Below the pieces are notes generated by a model, which saw nothing but the letters and a program-made list of their open reading frames with translations, made no database searches and was not told the origin of the DNA. A program made the translations under genes and the position numbers. This document shows, one piece after another, positions 1-14,429 of a DNA stretch of 64,000 nt. Each line of letters opens with the position of its first letter. Position 1 is the stretch's first letter. The stretch lies in the NCBI RefSeq assembly GCF_009914755.1, contig NC_060941.1, one strand, 5' to 3'. This DNA is from the human T2T-CHM13v2.0 reference genome, Homo sapiens.

Positions 1-199
1 ACCATCTGCTGTTGTTCTACCACTCAACACAAATATCTAACCTGTACAAGTACTGAGGGATCACACGACTGTGACTAGGCAGAGAAACATCACAGCTTGC
101 TTAGGAAGTCTTAGTAACACGAAGTTATGAGCACAAACTCTAAACTAGAAAATATGGCAGCTATTGAAATAGAACTGAATAAGGAGAGAGAAGAGTACT

Positions 200-900
200 T
201 TAACAAAATGGAATAAGAAAGATAATTAGCATGCAAAAAAATAAAAGACTGTATGGAACTAAAAGCATTGTTTCCACAATATAAAAACTATTTTTTTCAG
301 ATGTGCTAAAAGAAGATCACTGCTAAGAACATAATCACTATTCTGAAAGATGAAGGGGAAGAAATTCTTTTTCCCATAGAATAAAGACACTTAGAGACAT
401 GTAGAGGAAAAAGATACGAAACTTGGAGGACAGATTCACTAGACTTAACATGAATAACAAGAGTGCCTCGAGGAGAAAAAGAGCTAGAGAGAAGAAGAAT
501 AATAGTTAAATAAAAGTAGAAGAAAAGTTCTCTGAGTTGAAAAGTCAGGCAAGGTGAATGAATATTTCAAACTACATGTATAGACATTTCCTGGTGAAAT
601 CCTAGAATTTTATGGATAAAGAGAAAGTTTTATGCATCTGGAGAGGCAGAATTAGAAGAATCAGACTAGTGCCAGATTTCTCATCACCAGCCCTAGAAAG
701 TAGAAGAAGACAATAGAACAATATCTGTAGATGATTTATACAAAAAAAAATTGCAATACACAATTCTACATCAAGCTCAATAACCATTTTTTGTTTGCAA
801 GTTTGACACATGAAGGCCTTGGAGTTTATTACTCTTGTAACTTATTAAGGGCATCATGGCCTAGAGTTTATTACTTGTGTAATTTCACTGGGGAAAACAA
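200..900 (+). mobile_element. Old L1M fragment (ORF1-like region)
   Basis: A-rich decayed sequence with L1 ORF1-like phrases (tagacatttcctggtgaaat, tcagactagtgccagatttctcatca). Confidence 0.5.
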
Positions 901-969
901 TTGGTAAAGTGTCAACATCAGTAGAAATCTCAACAAGCCGAAAGGTAAGAGGTCAGAAATCAGTAGTGA

Positions 970-1273
<304 letters not shown>

Positions 1274-1360
1274 TCAGTAGTGAGCAGTGAATCTTGTGAT
1301 GAATATGTCATTTAGTATAAGGAGATGAGATTATTTTTACCAGGACTTTATACTGTATCG

Positions 1361-1440
1361 TAAGTAATGACTATTGCAGCGAAGTCATTACTTAATTACA
1401 AAGTAATGACTGTTGCAGCAAAGTCATTACTTAATGACAA
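1361..1440. repeat. Tandem pair of 39-bp palindromic units
   Basis: TAAGTAATGACT-N10-AGTCATTACTTA followed by AAGTAATGACT-N10-AGTCATTACTT. Confidence 0.9.
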
Positions 1441-1960
1441 AGACAAACTGGAAGTGAAAACCCTAATAATAGCTTGAAGTCAAATCTCAACCAAACTCAA
1501 GAGTGGGGTGGGAGTTGGGGGTGGAAGACACTGGAAAAGTAAACATGTTCTAAATGTTTCCTCTAATGGATCAGGGGAGAAGACTGAGGAGGCAGAGTAG
1601 CTGGATAGGAGGACAGAATTATCTCTTACTAATATATTAGAGAAGAAGTTAAATTATGATTTTAGGGGTTGGAAGTTCCTGTATGAATTGAATTGAGATT
1701 TTAATCTCCTGGGTAAATTGCCCTACAACAGGGAGGTAGCTGATCCTCAGAAGGCAACTTACAGATCTGTATCTCATCGTCTGCCTTAATATTTTTGACC
1801 CTAAATGAATTGAGGTTATTTTGCTTGTAAGAGTTTTACCCGTAAGTTCTAACCTCAAAACACATAATCAGCACCCTGCCTTTGCACCCCACAGCATCAG
1901 CCTAGACCACAGTTGCCTAACTTCATGTGTGGCTGCATATCTGCTAAGAAGCCTTCACAG

Positions 1961-2514
1961 TGTAAGAGAGAGAGAGGAAAAAAAAAATCTACCCTCTTAA
2001 GATCTCTGGCCGGGGCCCTGGAAATTAGACCGGCAAAAGATTACCAAGAGAGAAACAGAGTTTATTAACATGTGCAGTGTGTATACATGCAGGAGAGAGA
2101 AACTCAGTGATGAGTAATTCATAGGGGTTATTGGAACCTGGGCTTGTACAGCATCTTAGCAAAGAAGAATAAATTTAGAGAGAGGTGAAAAGACAAAGGG
2201 AAAAGGTTTTTAGGCTTCTAGGAGCTGTAGACCCTGGGAAGGTAAATGTGTGGGGGAAACTCATACTATCTTAGCAGTGTTTGTGCAGGTCTGTCTTGGT
2301 GCTGACTTTTCATCTTCTTCATGTCCGTAAAACTTCCCCAAGAGAGGGGATTTACGGCAGCCTTTACTTCTCAGGAGTTTCTGCTTTTGACCAGATAAGG
2401 GGACCTCTGAGAAGGCTTCTTTCTGCATTTGTTGATTCTCATTTGCCTACAGCTCAAAATAATCCTTATCCAAAGTGGCATATTATAGGGTAGCATATTC
2501 TGATCTTCTATAAC
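1961..2514 (-). mobile_element. ERV1-class solo LTR (MER31/MER67-like)
   Basis: TG...CA ends; ctaccctcttaag...aaattagac...aaaagatt motif is shared with the element at ~45697. Confidence 0.6.
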
Positions 2515-3499
2515 AGTGTGGCTTGGAGATTGATTGAGTCATACTTATGAAGAATGTGGAATTACAGAAAGTGAGAGGAGAGATCTAGTATGTTCACCTG
2601 TCACTCACAAGGAAACATGACAGGTCACAGTTATAAGAAGGAACCAACTGACAGTTCCAGCAGGATTATGGGGGATGGGGAAGGATACCAAAAGAGAGGC
2701 CACAAAGCATTCACATTAATGTTTTATCTAGACATGGACTCTTCTCCTGTCTCACGGAGGTGATCAGGGAAGAGCAGCCTTCCAAGCAAGCTAACTTTTT
2801 TATGAGTCCGTCATAGCCCTGCCCTGCTAGAAATGCCAGGGGTGGGAGGCATGTAAAGAGTAAGTCCCTGTTTCTTGTCTTGGTCCTCTCACCAAAGTGA
2901 ATTGTCTCCATAGTCTTGCTTACAGGAAGCGGGGCAGGCTTCCCAGGGGAAATTTGCAAGTCACAATTGTGCACCAGGATATTTTGTCATTTCAGCATCA
3001 CAGACTTGCACCTTGGAGACCTATATTTACAAGCTACTTTCTGTTGGACTTGATCACAGGTTTGTCTTTAAGGACAGTACCCAGAACATTAGGCTGGCAA
3101 AAGACTTTGGGAGTCATGGAATCTATCCTTACACGTTACACAGAGTCACACATAAACTCCACCCAGGGAATCTTTTTTTCAATGACAGATATCAAGGAAA
3201 ATAATGTGAAGGAGTGATTAGAACCCTCTTGGGACACTTTTCTTATAGATTAGATGCTATTCGACCAGGTTTATGCCATGGTCTCTGACAAACCACATAA
3301 ATCTTGTTGAATAGCACCTAACGTATAAGAAACCAAAACTGGGAGTAGAGAGGTGATGTGGTTAGTGCAGGCAATGCTTCCTACTCTATTCTACAGCTCC
3401 ATGATTACGTTATAATCAACCCTTATAACCACAAAGGTCCCAGAGCCCTCAGAATTTGCAGTGACAAAGAGACGGTGGATGAGGGAGGTGAAGAATATG

Positions 3500-3886
3500 C
3501 TTCTGATGAGTCTGTTTGGGCTGCAATTGCAAAGTACCAGACTGAGAGCGTTGTGCTACAAAGACTCTTTCCTCCTATTTCTGGAGGCTGGAAGTCCATG
3601 AAAGAGGTGTCGGAGGGTCGTTTTCCTCTGAGGGCTCTCTCCTTATATTGTAGATGCCATCTTCTCTCTGCGTCTTCATATGGTCTTCCTTTTGTGTGTG
3701 TCTGTATCCTTGTCACTTCCTCTTCTTATAGGGACACCAGTCATACTGGATTAGGGCTTACCCTAATGACTGCATTTTACCGGAATCCTCTTTTAAAGAC
3801 CATATCTTCAAATACGGTCACATTCTGAAGTACTGGGATTAGAATTTAATATGAAATTTTTGGGGAACACAGTTCAGTCCTTACCA
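3500..3886 (-). mobile_element. MaLR LTR (MLT1A/B-like)
   Basis: ctggaggctggaagtcc...gacaccagtcatactggattaggg...acagttcagtcc consensus motifs. Confidence 0.8.
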
Positions 3887-4048
3887 ACTACAGAAATCAA
3901 ATAAAACTAAAACCACCATATCCATTATATTACATTCCAAAACCACATGCAAGATCGTGGAGAAAGTCCATTCTTCACAACCCTAATCCATGTGCAATAA
4001 ACTGAGAGGCTAAAAAGCCAAAAAGTCATTTAAAAAGTCATATATATG

Positions 4049-4053
<5 letters not shown>

Positions 4054-4101
<48 letters not shown>
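4054..4101. repeat. (TA)n microsatellite
   Basis: About 24 perfect TA units. Confidence 0.95.
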
Positions 4102-4107
<6 letters not shown>

Positions 4108-4115
4108 GTGTATAT

Positions 4116-4423
<308 letters not shown>

Positions 4424-4924
4424 ATATGTATATATTAAAAATATGTTATATATTACCATAAAAGAGCATAAAATTATTTGGAGGACACAAGAAATACATA
4501 TTTAAGGGTTTGGTATAATAAAAGTAAAGACATTTGAGGTTAAAACATCTTATTTTTGAGAAGAAAGTTTTAAGCCTGGGGCTCGAAAATAACCTTGGGA
4601 AAGATTCATGTTGTTGGAGAGACTCAGAGAGCAGTGAAGAATATAGGATTTGGATTAGAGATTTAAAAATAATGTCTAGATATTTTGGAACGAGCAAGAA
4701 AATTCCCATTTTAGGACGAAGGAAAAGGTAACATTTAGAGAGAATCTAAAACATATACTGTGTTTTCATAACTCCTCTTACAAATGTAGTCATTTGGTTA
4801 ACATTAGCAATATTAAGATAAGCTATCTATAACTTGGTTTGTTCATAAATTTATAACATGTGGTATACAAAATATTCCAATCTTCACTATTTTGTCATTT
4901 TTTAATTTTTTTTTATTTTTACAA

Positions 4925-5125
4925 CTGGAAAAATACATACAACATAATAAAATTTACCATCTTAACCATTTTCAGGTATACAGTTCAGTGGTGTTAAGTG
5001 TGTTTACATTGTTGTGCAGCCATTGCCACCGCCCATCTCCACAACTCTTTCCATCTTTGAAGCTAAAACTGTGTCCATGAAACAGTAACTCCCCACTCCC
5101 CTTCTCCCATCCCCTGGCAACCACT
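4925..5125 (-). mobile_element. L1MB-type 3' end fragment
   Basis: aatttaccatcttaaccatttt...cagttcagtgg...cccctggcaaccac. Confidence 0.75.
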
Positions 5126-5515
5126 TTTGAAAATACATTTTACAATGTATGTAATGTTCATTGTAGAAGAATTAAAAAATTTAAAACAATAAGAACAGAG
5201 AACTAATAACACTTTGACTTATACCTTAATGTATTTTTTCTCTGCATATACATATATGTAACTTTTTTTTTACTATGCATACTGTTTTATAGCCTGCCCT
5301 TTCACACTTAATATATCTTCAATAGCTTTACATGTCAAATAAATGCCATCCTTTTTAATATTGAAAGTCAATTTATTTAAATAACCCCCATTATATTTTT
5401 CCAGTCTGTGAAGGGTTGGGGACAAAAGATGAAGTACAAACATAGACCTTTATAGAGCAATGCTCTGATTACTTTTTTTCCCATCCTCAATTATTTCTTG
5501 TCAACAAATACCGTC

Positions 5516-5810
<295 letters not shown>

Positions 5811-6662
5811 TGAATTCCTTCTTTACTTTGAGGAAGGTTTTCTACATTTTTAGCCTTTTAATACGTACTGCCAGATTGCCCTCAAGAAAGGTTGTATCAG
5901 GTAGTACTTCCAGCAGCAGTGGATGAGCATCCCTATTTCCAGACCTCCAGCAACCCTGTGTATTGTCCTTAAAGAAACAAAATTGAAATAATAGGTGGAT
6001 GTGGTTTTCAAAATCAGGTAGTGGAGAAGGGTTTATAATGAAAAGGTATCAGCCCACTTAGCCTGATCCAGCTCCTAGTCCTGCTCCCTGGAGACACTTT
6101 TTAATACCTTCTGTGTTTATTTCCTCTGGTGATTTACCTCCATCTCTCTACATAATAGGTTTATACTGCTAGTTTACATACACATATGTTATTTACACAC
6201 TATTTACTTCCTGCTGGTGAGATGAGGTTTTGGTTCCATTATACCACCCACTTTCTCCTCCATACCCATTTTTAAAATTGTTATATTACCTTTTTACTTA
6301 TATTTAAAACTCCCTGCAGTTAGCATGGGCAGTTCAGTTTCTCTTGACTGCCTTTAGTGAGCATTAAGGAATGGGACTCTTCTACTCTTTTCTTTCCTTC
6401 TCTACTTTTGGCTTTGGTCAATTTTTTTCTTTTTCTCTCTCTTCTTTTACTTTCTTTCCTGCCTTTCTTCCTTTTCTCTTTTTGTTTGTTTACATTTTGA
6501 AGATTGATACAATTTACATTTCTTGTTTCGTAATCACATAGTTTGGCCTTCTATGCCTTGTCCATAAGTTAGCTCTAAAAGTTCAAAAGTCAATTAAGTG
6601 CTTTTATCGTGGCTCCTTAAATGTAGTTCCTTGTGGACCTAAGTAACATGTTGATTACCACC

Positions 6663-7480
6663 TGGTACAGTTTGGTTCTGTGTCCCCATCAACTCTCACG
6701 TCAAATTGTAATCCCCAATGCTGTAGGTGGGGCCTGGTGGGAGGTGATTGGATCGTGGGAGTGGTCTCTCATGAATGGTTTCGCACCATCCCCCTTGGTA
6801 CTTGTATTAGTCCATTCTCGCACTGCTGTAAAGAACTACCTGAGACTAGGTGATTTATAAAGAAAAGGGGTTTAATTGGCTCATGGTTCCACAGGCTCTA
6901 TAGGAAGTGTGGCTGGGAAGGCCTCAGGAAACTTACAGTCCTGGTGGAAGGTGAAGGGGAAGCAATCATGTCTTACGTAGCCAGAGCAGGAGGAAGAGAG
7001 CAAAGAGGGAGGTGCTACACATTTTTCAATAACTGGATCTCGTGAGAGCTCACTGTCTTGAGAACAGCAAGGGGGAAATCCACTCCCATGATCCAGTCAC
7101 CTCCCACTAGGCCCCTCGTCCAACATTGGGAATTAACAATTCAACGTGAAATTTGGGTGGGGACACAAATCCAAACCATACCAGTACTGTTCTTGTGATA
7201 GTGAATGAATGAGTTCTCCTGAGATCTGGTTGTTTAAAAGTATGTAGCACCTCCCCCCGTCTCTCTCTTATTCCTGCTCCTTCCATGTAAGATGTGCCTG
7301 TTTCCCCTTCACCTTCTACCATGATTGTAAGTTTCCTGAAGCCTCCCCAGAAGCCAAGCAGATGCCAGCATCATGCTTCCTCTATAACCTGCAGAACTGC
7401 AAGCCAATTAAACTTTTTTTCTTTATGAATTACCCAGTCTCAGGTATTTCTTTATAGCCACGTGAGAAAGGACAAATACA
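6663..7480 (+). mobile_element. MST-family MaLR solo LTR (outer), split by a second LTR
   Basis: 6663-6802 and 7189-7480 join into one MST LTR with TG...CA ends and aattaaac...ccagtctcaggtatttctttatagc. Confidence 0.85.
6803..7183 (-). mobile_element. MST-family MaLR solo LTR (inner, antisense)
   Basis: tgtattagtccattctc...ccaaaccatacca flanked by perfect 5-bp TSD GTACT. Confidence 0.9.
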
Positions 7481-8430
7481 CATCCCCTTCTCTGTGGATC
7501 CAATATCAAGATACCTATTCCATATAAAGGAGAATTTTCTTAGTGCCAAGGCCAAATGGATTCTGTTTTCTTGCATTCTACAAAGTATTCAATTGTCTGT
7601 GACTTTTCTTTGATTCATCTTTTAATCATAACTTTCCTGGGCATATTTTTTTGCCTGCAATTTTATGGACTATCTTGTTTTTCCTGTCATGAGAATCATA
7701 TGCCTTCATACCTTCCAATTTACTAATTCCATCTGTTATTTTGACTGCTTTCTTTATCTTGGAGCCCACTGAATTCTAATTTGGTTAGTCTGCTTTCTAA
7801 GCCTCCTGCAGGTCTGACATCCTGCAATTTCTTCTCGCTGGACTTGGATTTAAGTCCATCATATCTTACTGGATTAGGTTTTTATCCTTATTTTTCTTGG
7901 AGTACATTCTCAAGAAACTTTCTCAGAAAGATAGGTAACCTCCTAAATAATATGATTTTATTTTGCTTCTATATTTGACTGATAAGTTACCATAATATGA
8001 ACTTTTAGATTCAAGCGAATTTTCATTCAGTACTTTGGAATTGCTCTGTTATATGCTAGCATCGATATTGCTGATAAATTCTGTTACTGGTTACTGTTGC
8101 AGCCTGATGGTTTTTTCCCCTCTGAAAGCTTTTTAGGATCTCTTTATTTTTCACTCTGCCCCTCACAGTTCAGGACCTTTCAGTTTGAGGACTTTTGTGT
8201 CTCTTCAGCTCTATGAAAATTAATATTTATCTGTATCTCTTTTTTTTCTCCCTCTTTCTTAAAAATTTCCATTCTATTTTCCCTTTCTTTTTTCAGGAAC
8301 TTCAATCATACATGACTTTACTTTGAAAGTCTCAGCAGAAACTTAGGAATTTTATTTTGGTTTTTAGTAAGTTTTCTCTGTGCTTAAATTAGTCAATTCC
8401 GCGGTAACATTGTTTTGAAAACGTGGATTT

Positions 8431-8731
8431 ATCCCGACATTAGCGTAACCATGCCATTTTTTCCCCTCCTCTCTGTTGTCCCCTAATTCCCATGAGGTGA
8501 CTTTCCTTTCCTTAGCTTAATTCTCTTTATTTAATAGCCTTTCGTTGCTGCTAAGGGACAGCTTTTGGCGGCTGCTTTGCATCCCCACATTAGAGTAACC
8601 ATGCCATTTTTTTCCCCTCCTCTCTCTTGTCCCCTAATTCCCATGAGGTGACTTTCCTCTCCTTAGCTTAATTCTCTTTATTTAATAGCCTTTCATTGCT
8701 GCTAAGGGACAGCTTTTGGTGGCTGCTTTGC
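8431..8731. repeat. Direct tandem duplication of a 150/151-bp unit
   Basis: 8431-8580 vs 8581-8731 differ by 6 substitutions and one T. Confidence 0.95.
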
Positions 8732-9086
8732 CATTTCAGACTTTTCCCATGTCTCTATGTGGCAGATCTTACCCAGCCTTCAAGGCTTGCCTATGCCCTC
8801 CTCCTCCAGGAAGCCTTTCTCAATGACTCTCCAAACTATCTGTCTAGTGAGTATTTCTGTACTTAGGTTTATATACAGCTTAGTGTTATGTGAAGAGCTT
8901 TAGGGAGAAGTCAATAATTGCTCTAATGATTTGTGTGAAATATGTGCAATTTCAAGAACATCAAATAATTGCATTTTTACTCTGAATAAAACTAATCTTA
9001 AAATGTGTTCCTCTGCTGCAAGTATATGAAACTAGAATTGCATTGAAGTATAGTATAAGAAACCACCAGCTGGGCGCAAACCACCA

Positions 9087-9420
9087 GCCAGGCTTGGTGG
9101 CTCACGCCTATAATCCCAGCACTTTGGGAGGCCAAGGCAGATGGATCACCTGAGGTCAGGAGTTTGAGAGCAGCCTGGCCAACATGGTGAAAGCCCGTCT
9201 CTACTAAAAATACAATAATTAGCTGAGCATGGTGGCGGGCACCTGTAATCCCAGCTACTGGGGAGGCTGAAGCTGAGGCAGGAGAATCACTTGAACCCAG
9301 GAGGTGGAAGTTGCAGTGAGCCGAGATCACGCCATTGCACTCCAGCCTGGATGACAGAGCAAAACTCAGTCTCAAAAAATAAATAAATAAATAAATAAAT
9401 AAAAGAAAGAAAGAAGGAAA
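9087..9420 (+). mobile_element. AluS SINE with (AAAT)n/GAAA tail
   Basis: Alu consensus; target sequence aaaccacca on both sides. Confidence 0.95.
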
Positions 9421-9469
9421 GAAACCACCACTTAGAACGAATGGCTTTGGACAGAGTTTGTTTCTGTTG

Positions 9470-9870
9470 AAAATAAGTCCAGGTATAAGTGGTTGTTGGG
9501 GATGGAACAGTGAGTCAGTGATGTCATGTCTGCCGTTTCTGCAGTTCTCTGTGCCAGTCCTTCATGGTTACAAGATGGCTGCTGCCACTCCTGCCATTAT
9601 GTCAGCATTCAAAATAGAAAGAAGAAAAAGAGGCTGACGGTTGAGTCTTAATCATTTTTATTAGGAAAGCAAAGCTTTCACAGAGGACTTTGCAGCATAC
9701 TTCTGTTTTTGTCTCATGGCTGAAGACCGGGTCACATGGGTCCCCCTAGTTTCAGGGGAAACTGGGACAGTATGGCTTTCCACCCTCTGTCGTGGGAGGC
9801 AGCAAAGAAGCAGAGGTGGAGATGAGCTTTAGGAGAGCCAGTTTACAAGGTAACAGAGCCTGCCACAATG
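9470..9870 (-). mobile_element. Old MaLR LTR (MLT1J/K-like)
   Basis: catggttacaagatggctgctgcca...gggtcacatgg motifs. Confidence 0.65.
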
Positions 9871-9898
9871 GGCAAGAGAGGGCATTAAAAGCAGTTGT

Positions 9899-10232
<334 letters not shown>

Positions 10233-10521
10233 TTAATAAGCAAGTGCAGGATATTGCTATGCCAGGTGACTGTGCTGGGTGCAGGTGGTGCTGTGAATCC
10301 CACGAAGGATTGTCTGGGGAAAAAGGGAAAGTTAGATATGCCTGGAACACAGAGTATATCGGGCAGGGCAGGATTGGAGAGGGACAGAATGGGGGTCAGG
10401 AGATGGCGGGGTGGGGGTGGGATGGAAAATGGGGAAGATTTAGAAGACATTGAAGAGATGAGTTTGTTAACTCAGAGTGGGTGAGCTCCAGGTCAGATAT
10501 TTTGGATTTTACTCCACACAC

Positions 10522-10702
10522 CAGTGGTTCTGAACATGTCTTAGAATCATCTGGAGGGTTGGTTAAAACACAGATTGCTTGACCCCACTCCCAGAATTTC
10601 TGATTCTATGGGTCTGAGCTGGGGCCTGAGAATTTTTATTTTTAACAAATCTTCAAAGTGATGCTGATGCTGCTGGTCCAGGGACCACCCTTTGGCATAC
10701 TG
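10522..10702. mobile_element. MER5A (hAT-Charlie MITE)
   Basis: cagtggttct...agaatcatctggagggtt...ctggtccagggaccac. Confidence 0.85.
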
Positions 10703-10757
10703 TGCTAAAACCATGACTTAATTTAGAGTAGATTCATTTTCTTGTATAAAAAATTGG

Positions 10758-11061
10758 GGTCTGGGCGTGGTGGCTCATGCTTATGAACCCCAGGACTTTG
10801 GGAGGCCAAGGCAGGAGGATTGCGTGAGCCCAGGAATTTGAGACCAGCCTGGACAACATAGCAAGGCCTTGTCTCTACTAAAAGTTTTAAAAATTGCCAG
10901 GTGTGGTGGTACGTGCCTGTAGTCCCCAGCTCGGGAGGTTGAGATGGGAAGATGGCTTGAGTCCAGGAGTTCAAGATTCCAGTGAGCTATGATTGTGCCA
11001 CTGCACTCCAGCCTGGGCAACAGAGCAATACTCTATCTCAAAAATAAATAAATAAATAAAA
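10758..11061 (+). mobile_element. AluJ SINE
   Basis: ggaggattgcgtgagcccagg and gtgagctatgattgtgcc J-type motifs. Confidence 0.9.
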
Positions 11062-11087
11062 AGGGGGGGTGCATTATAACACCCTCA

Positions 11088-11404
<317 letters not shown>

Positions 11405-11930
11405 TGTATTGATGATATTTTCTTATATTCTATGTTATTCCATCATGTGGGTCACACTGACCAGTTAGAGCTAGAAGCTCTAACTGCTTTCTCGAGCTAG
11501 AAAACACCTTGCCTGAGAGCATATCTTGGATATTCAAAATCAACCAATCCATACCCCCACTCAGCTCTTTTTATCAGGCCCCTGCAGCTCTGACCTCTTT
11601 CCATGTGTCCTAAGTCATCCCAGGGCCAAGTACTGGACACTGAGGACCTTCCTATAGCCTTGAGCCCACCAAAATTATTAAAAGCATCCAATCCCAAACC
11701 TGTTCGGCTTGCTTACCTTGCTTTACTAATTCCCTCCCACGAAAACCACAGGAAAGGCTTTTGCGGGTACTCTTCCCTCACTCCCTCTGCCTCTTGACCA
11801 GCCCTGGTGTGTCCCCATGTGGCGCTACCTGCTGATTCTAGGGATCTGTGAGTATAAACTTGACAGTCGTGTTCATCTCTGTGTGTCTTACCACAGCCAA
11901 TAAAACAAATCCTGCGTACACATTAAAATA
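11405..11930 (+). mobile_element. ERVL solo LTR (MER74-like)
   Basis: caaccaatcca...cccagggccaagtac...gaaaaccaca...ctccctctgcctcttgacc...ccctggtg; reverse-homologous to 33420-33918. Confidence 0.7.
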
Positions 11931-12080
11931 GTGATACAATACTTGTAAAGTGCCAGCAGAACACCTGCTAGGCACTAGGCAAAAGGGACTGCTGGGAGGA
12001 ATATTAGGAGGAATGTCTGAGGGTAGTGTGAAGGATGAATGGGAGGTGGAGATGGGGAGATGGGTTAGAAAGATATTGTG

Positions 12081-12384
12081 GGCTGGGCGTGGTGGCTCAT
12101 AATCTGTAATCCCAGCACTTTGGGAGGCTGAGGTGGGCGGATCACGGACAGGAGATCGAGACCATCCTGGCCAACATGGTGAAACCCTGTCTCTACTAAA
12201 AATACAAAAATTAGCTGGGCATGGTGGCGTGCACTTGTAATCCCAGCTACGTGGGAGGCTGAGGCAAGAGAATCACTTGAACCCGGGAGGCAGAGGTTTT
12301 AGTGACCCGAGACTGTGCCACTGCACTCCAGCCTGGTGACAGAGTGAGACTCCGTCTCAAAAAAAAAAAAAAAAAAGAAGAAAA
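12081..12384 (+). mobile_element. AluS (Sc-like) SINE
   Basis: Alu consensus; TSD aaagatatt. Confidence 0.95.
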
Positions 12385-13001
12385 GATATTTTGATAGTCC
12401 AGGGCTGAGTCTGATGGGGCCTAGCTCGGGACTATGCAAGTAGAAAGGGACCAATAGTTGCTGAAAATATTTGTGATATAAAATTAAGAGGATTTGACAG
12501 TTTTGTCAGTGTTGCAAGTTGGAAACTTATTTATCTGAAATTGTTTGTAATAAGACCGTCTCTGCATCATGGCTGAAAAAGCAGCAAATGCAGCAGGAAA
12601 ACAGTTCTGAAAGAAGAAATTTTGCAGTTAAGATTTACCCAGCAAACTGCAACATTTTACATTGCCCCTTTAGTTACTTACTAAAGATGTTTTGAAAACG
12701 AACACCATCATCTAAATTCATTTACCGTAGACTGGTCCTGTTCATATAGCCATTTCTATTTGGAAAAGGTTGATTTGATTGATCACATGCCCTTGGAAAA
12801 TAGGGGTGTCTACAAGAGACCCACCCTGGCTTAGACTCTTTAAGGGAAAAAAGGAAAAAGAATCTCAACCATTTTAAGATCATCGATGGTTTATAAAATT
12901 TTCAATGCTTAGTTATTTAAAGAAAATTTAATTAAAAGATATTTAGGAAGTATTAAATTTGCTAACATGTTCAAAGAACTTTAAAAAATGACCAAAGATA
13001 A

Positions 13002-13211
<210 letters not shown>

Positions 13212-14429
13212 CTAAAGATATATAAACATTATTGTAATTAATAGGTTAAAAAAATAAAAAGACTGTCTCTGCCTTAAGTGCAGCCTTGCTGCTTTGTTCA
13301 GTGACTTCTTGGATGGCATCAGAGAAGTCCTCCTTGCTTGACTCTAGTCCACATAAATGTCTTTTTGGATGAGGCCAGAACTCCCAGGTAGCATGTTAAG
13401 GAAGATATTGCAAGAGTCAAGAGGTGCTGTAGTGATTATCAGCTCCACATTTCCTAAAGTGTATTCACCTGGTGTTCATCCACACCTCAGTTATGAATTA
13501 GCCGTTACATGAAATATGTTTTCATATTTTTAGAGATTGGGAAATGACAGGTGAACTAAAATTAAGCCATTTTATGTATTGCAGACCTTTTCAGAGCCTT
13601 TAATATGGTAGTGGGATTCTGTTAATGGAAATTATTGTATTCAGTGTTTCTCTAACTCGTTTGTTCACAGAACCTTTTTTTTTTTCAGAGCGTCTTATGA
13701 ATCTATTTTTTCATGGAACAAATTTTGGGAAACGCTGCCATGACCTAACAAGCTGATGTATAACACTGGTGGCAATCAAGATTTTTGTGGGTGGTGTTGA
13801 TTGTTCTCCTGAAACTCATAAGTGGAACAGTGCACAATTTCAAGATCAGTTTGCCCAGGCTCTGTTTTGCTTTTAGTCTCTCGTATACAGAAAGTTTAAA
13901 AAGATATGACTTGTACCCAGATGTCATCTACACAGCGCCTGTCATCCTGTGGAATGACTCATCCCTTGAAAATGGTGGATAGTGCTTTTTACCTTGATGA
14001 TGAATAATGATCCTTGTTTCATTTACAAAGATGAGACCTAAAATACCAGCCTTCCTAAAAATACTATCACCTGTTAGGCCGCTGCCTTTCCTTGAAGGTT
14101 AGCTTCCATAGGTCAGGCCTTCACTAATGCTCTGCTGAAGTGCTTCAGGAATAGTGAAGGAGGGAAGTCTCAGAGGAGTGGAGATTGGGCTAAGTGACCT
14201 CTGTTGCTCCTTCCAACTCAACAGTCATGAGTCTTTTCCCCAGTCAGTAAAACCTGTTCTAGAATTTTCTTAAATCCTTTTGATCATTAAATGAGTTTAT
14301 GACCTTACATTTTTAAGAACAAATTTAAGCAGAATTTGTTTCTAGCATAAATCTTTTTCCTTCAAAGAAGAGAGCTTATTCCTCTTTTATCAGCTATGTA
14401 GCTGCAATACTTGTATCAGTAATTTTATT

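Noticed and set aside
2897-3217. Overlapping 106-aa and 63-aa ORFs in apparently non-repeat DNA
   Set aside because: Non-ATG starts, no recognisable domain or splice context, and lengths compatible with chance; a BLASTX/Dfam search would settle it
3358-3828. 156-aa ORF
   Set aside because: Largely overlaps an MLT1 LTR and starts at GTG
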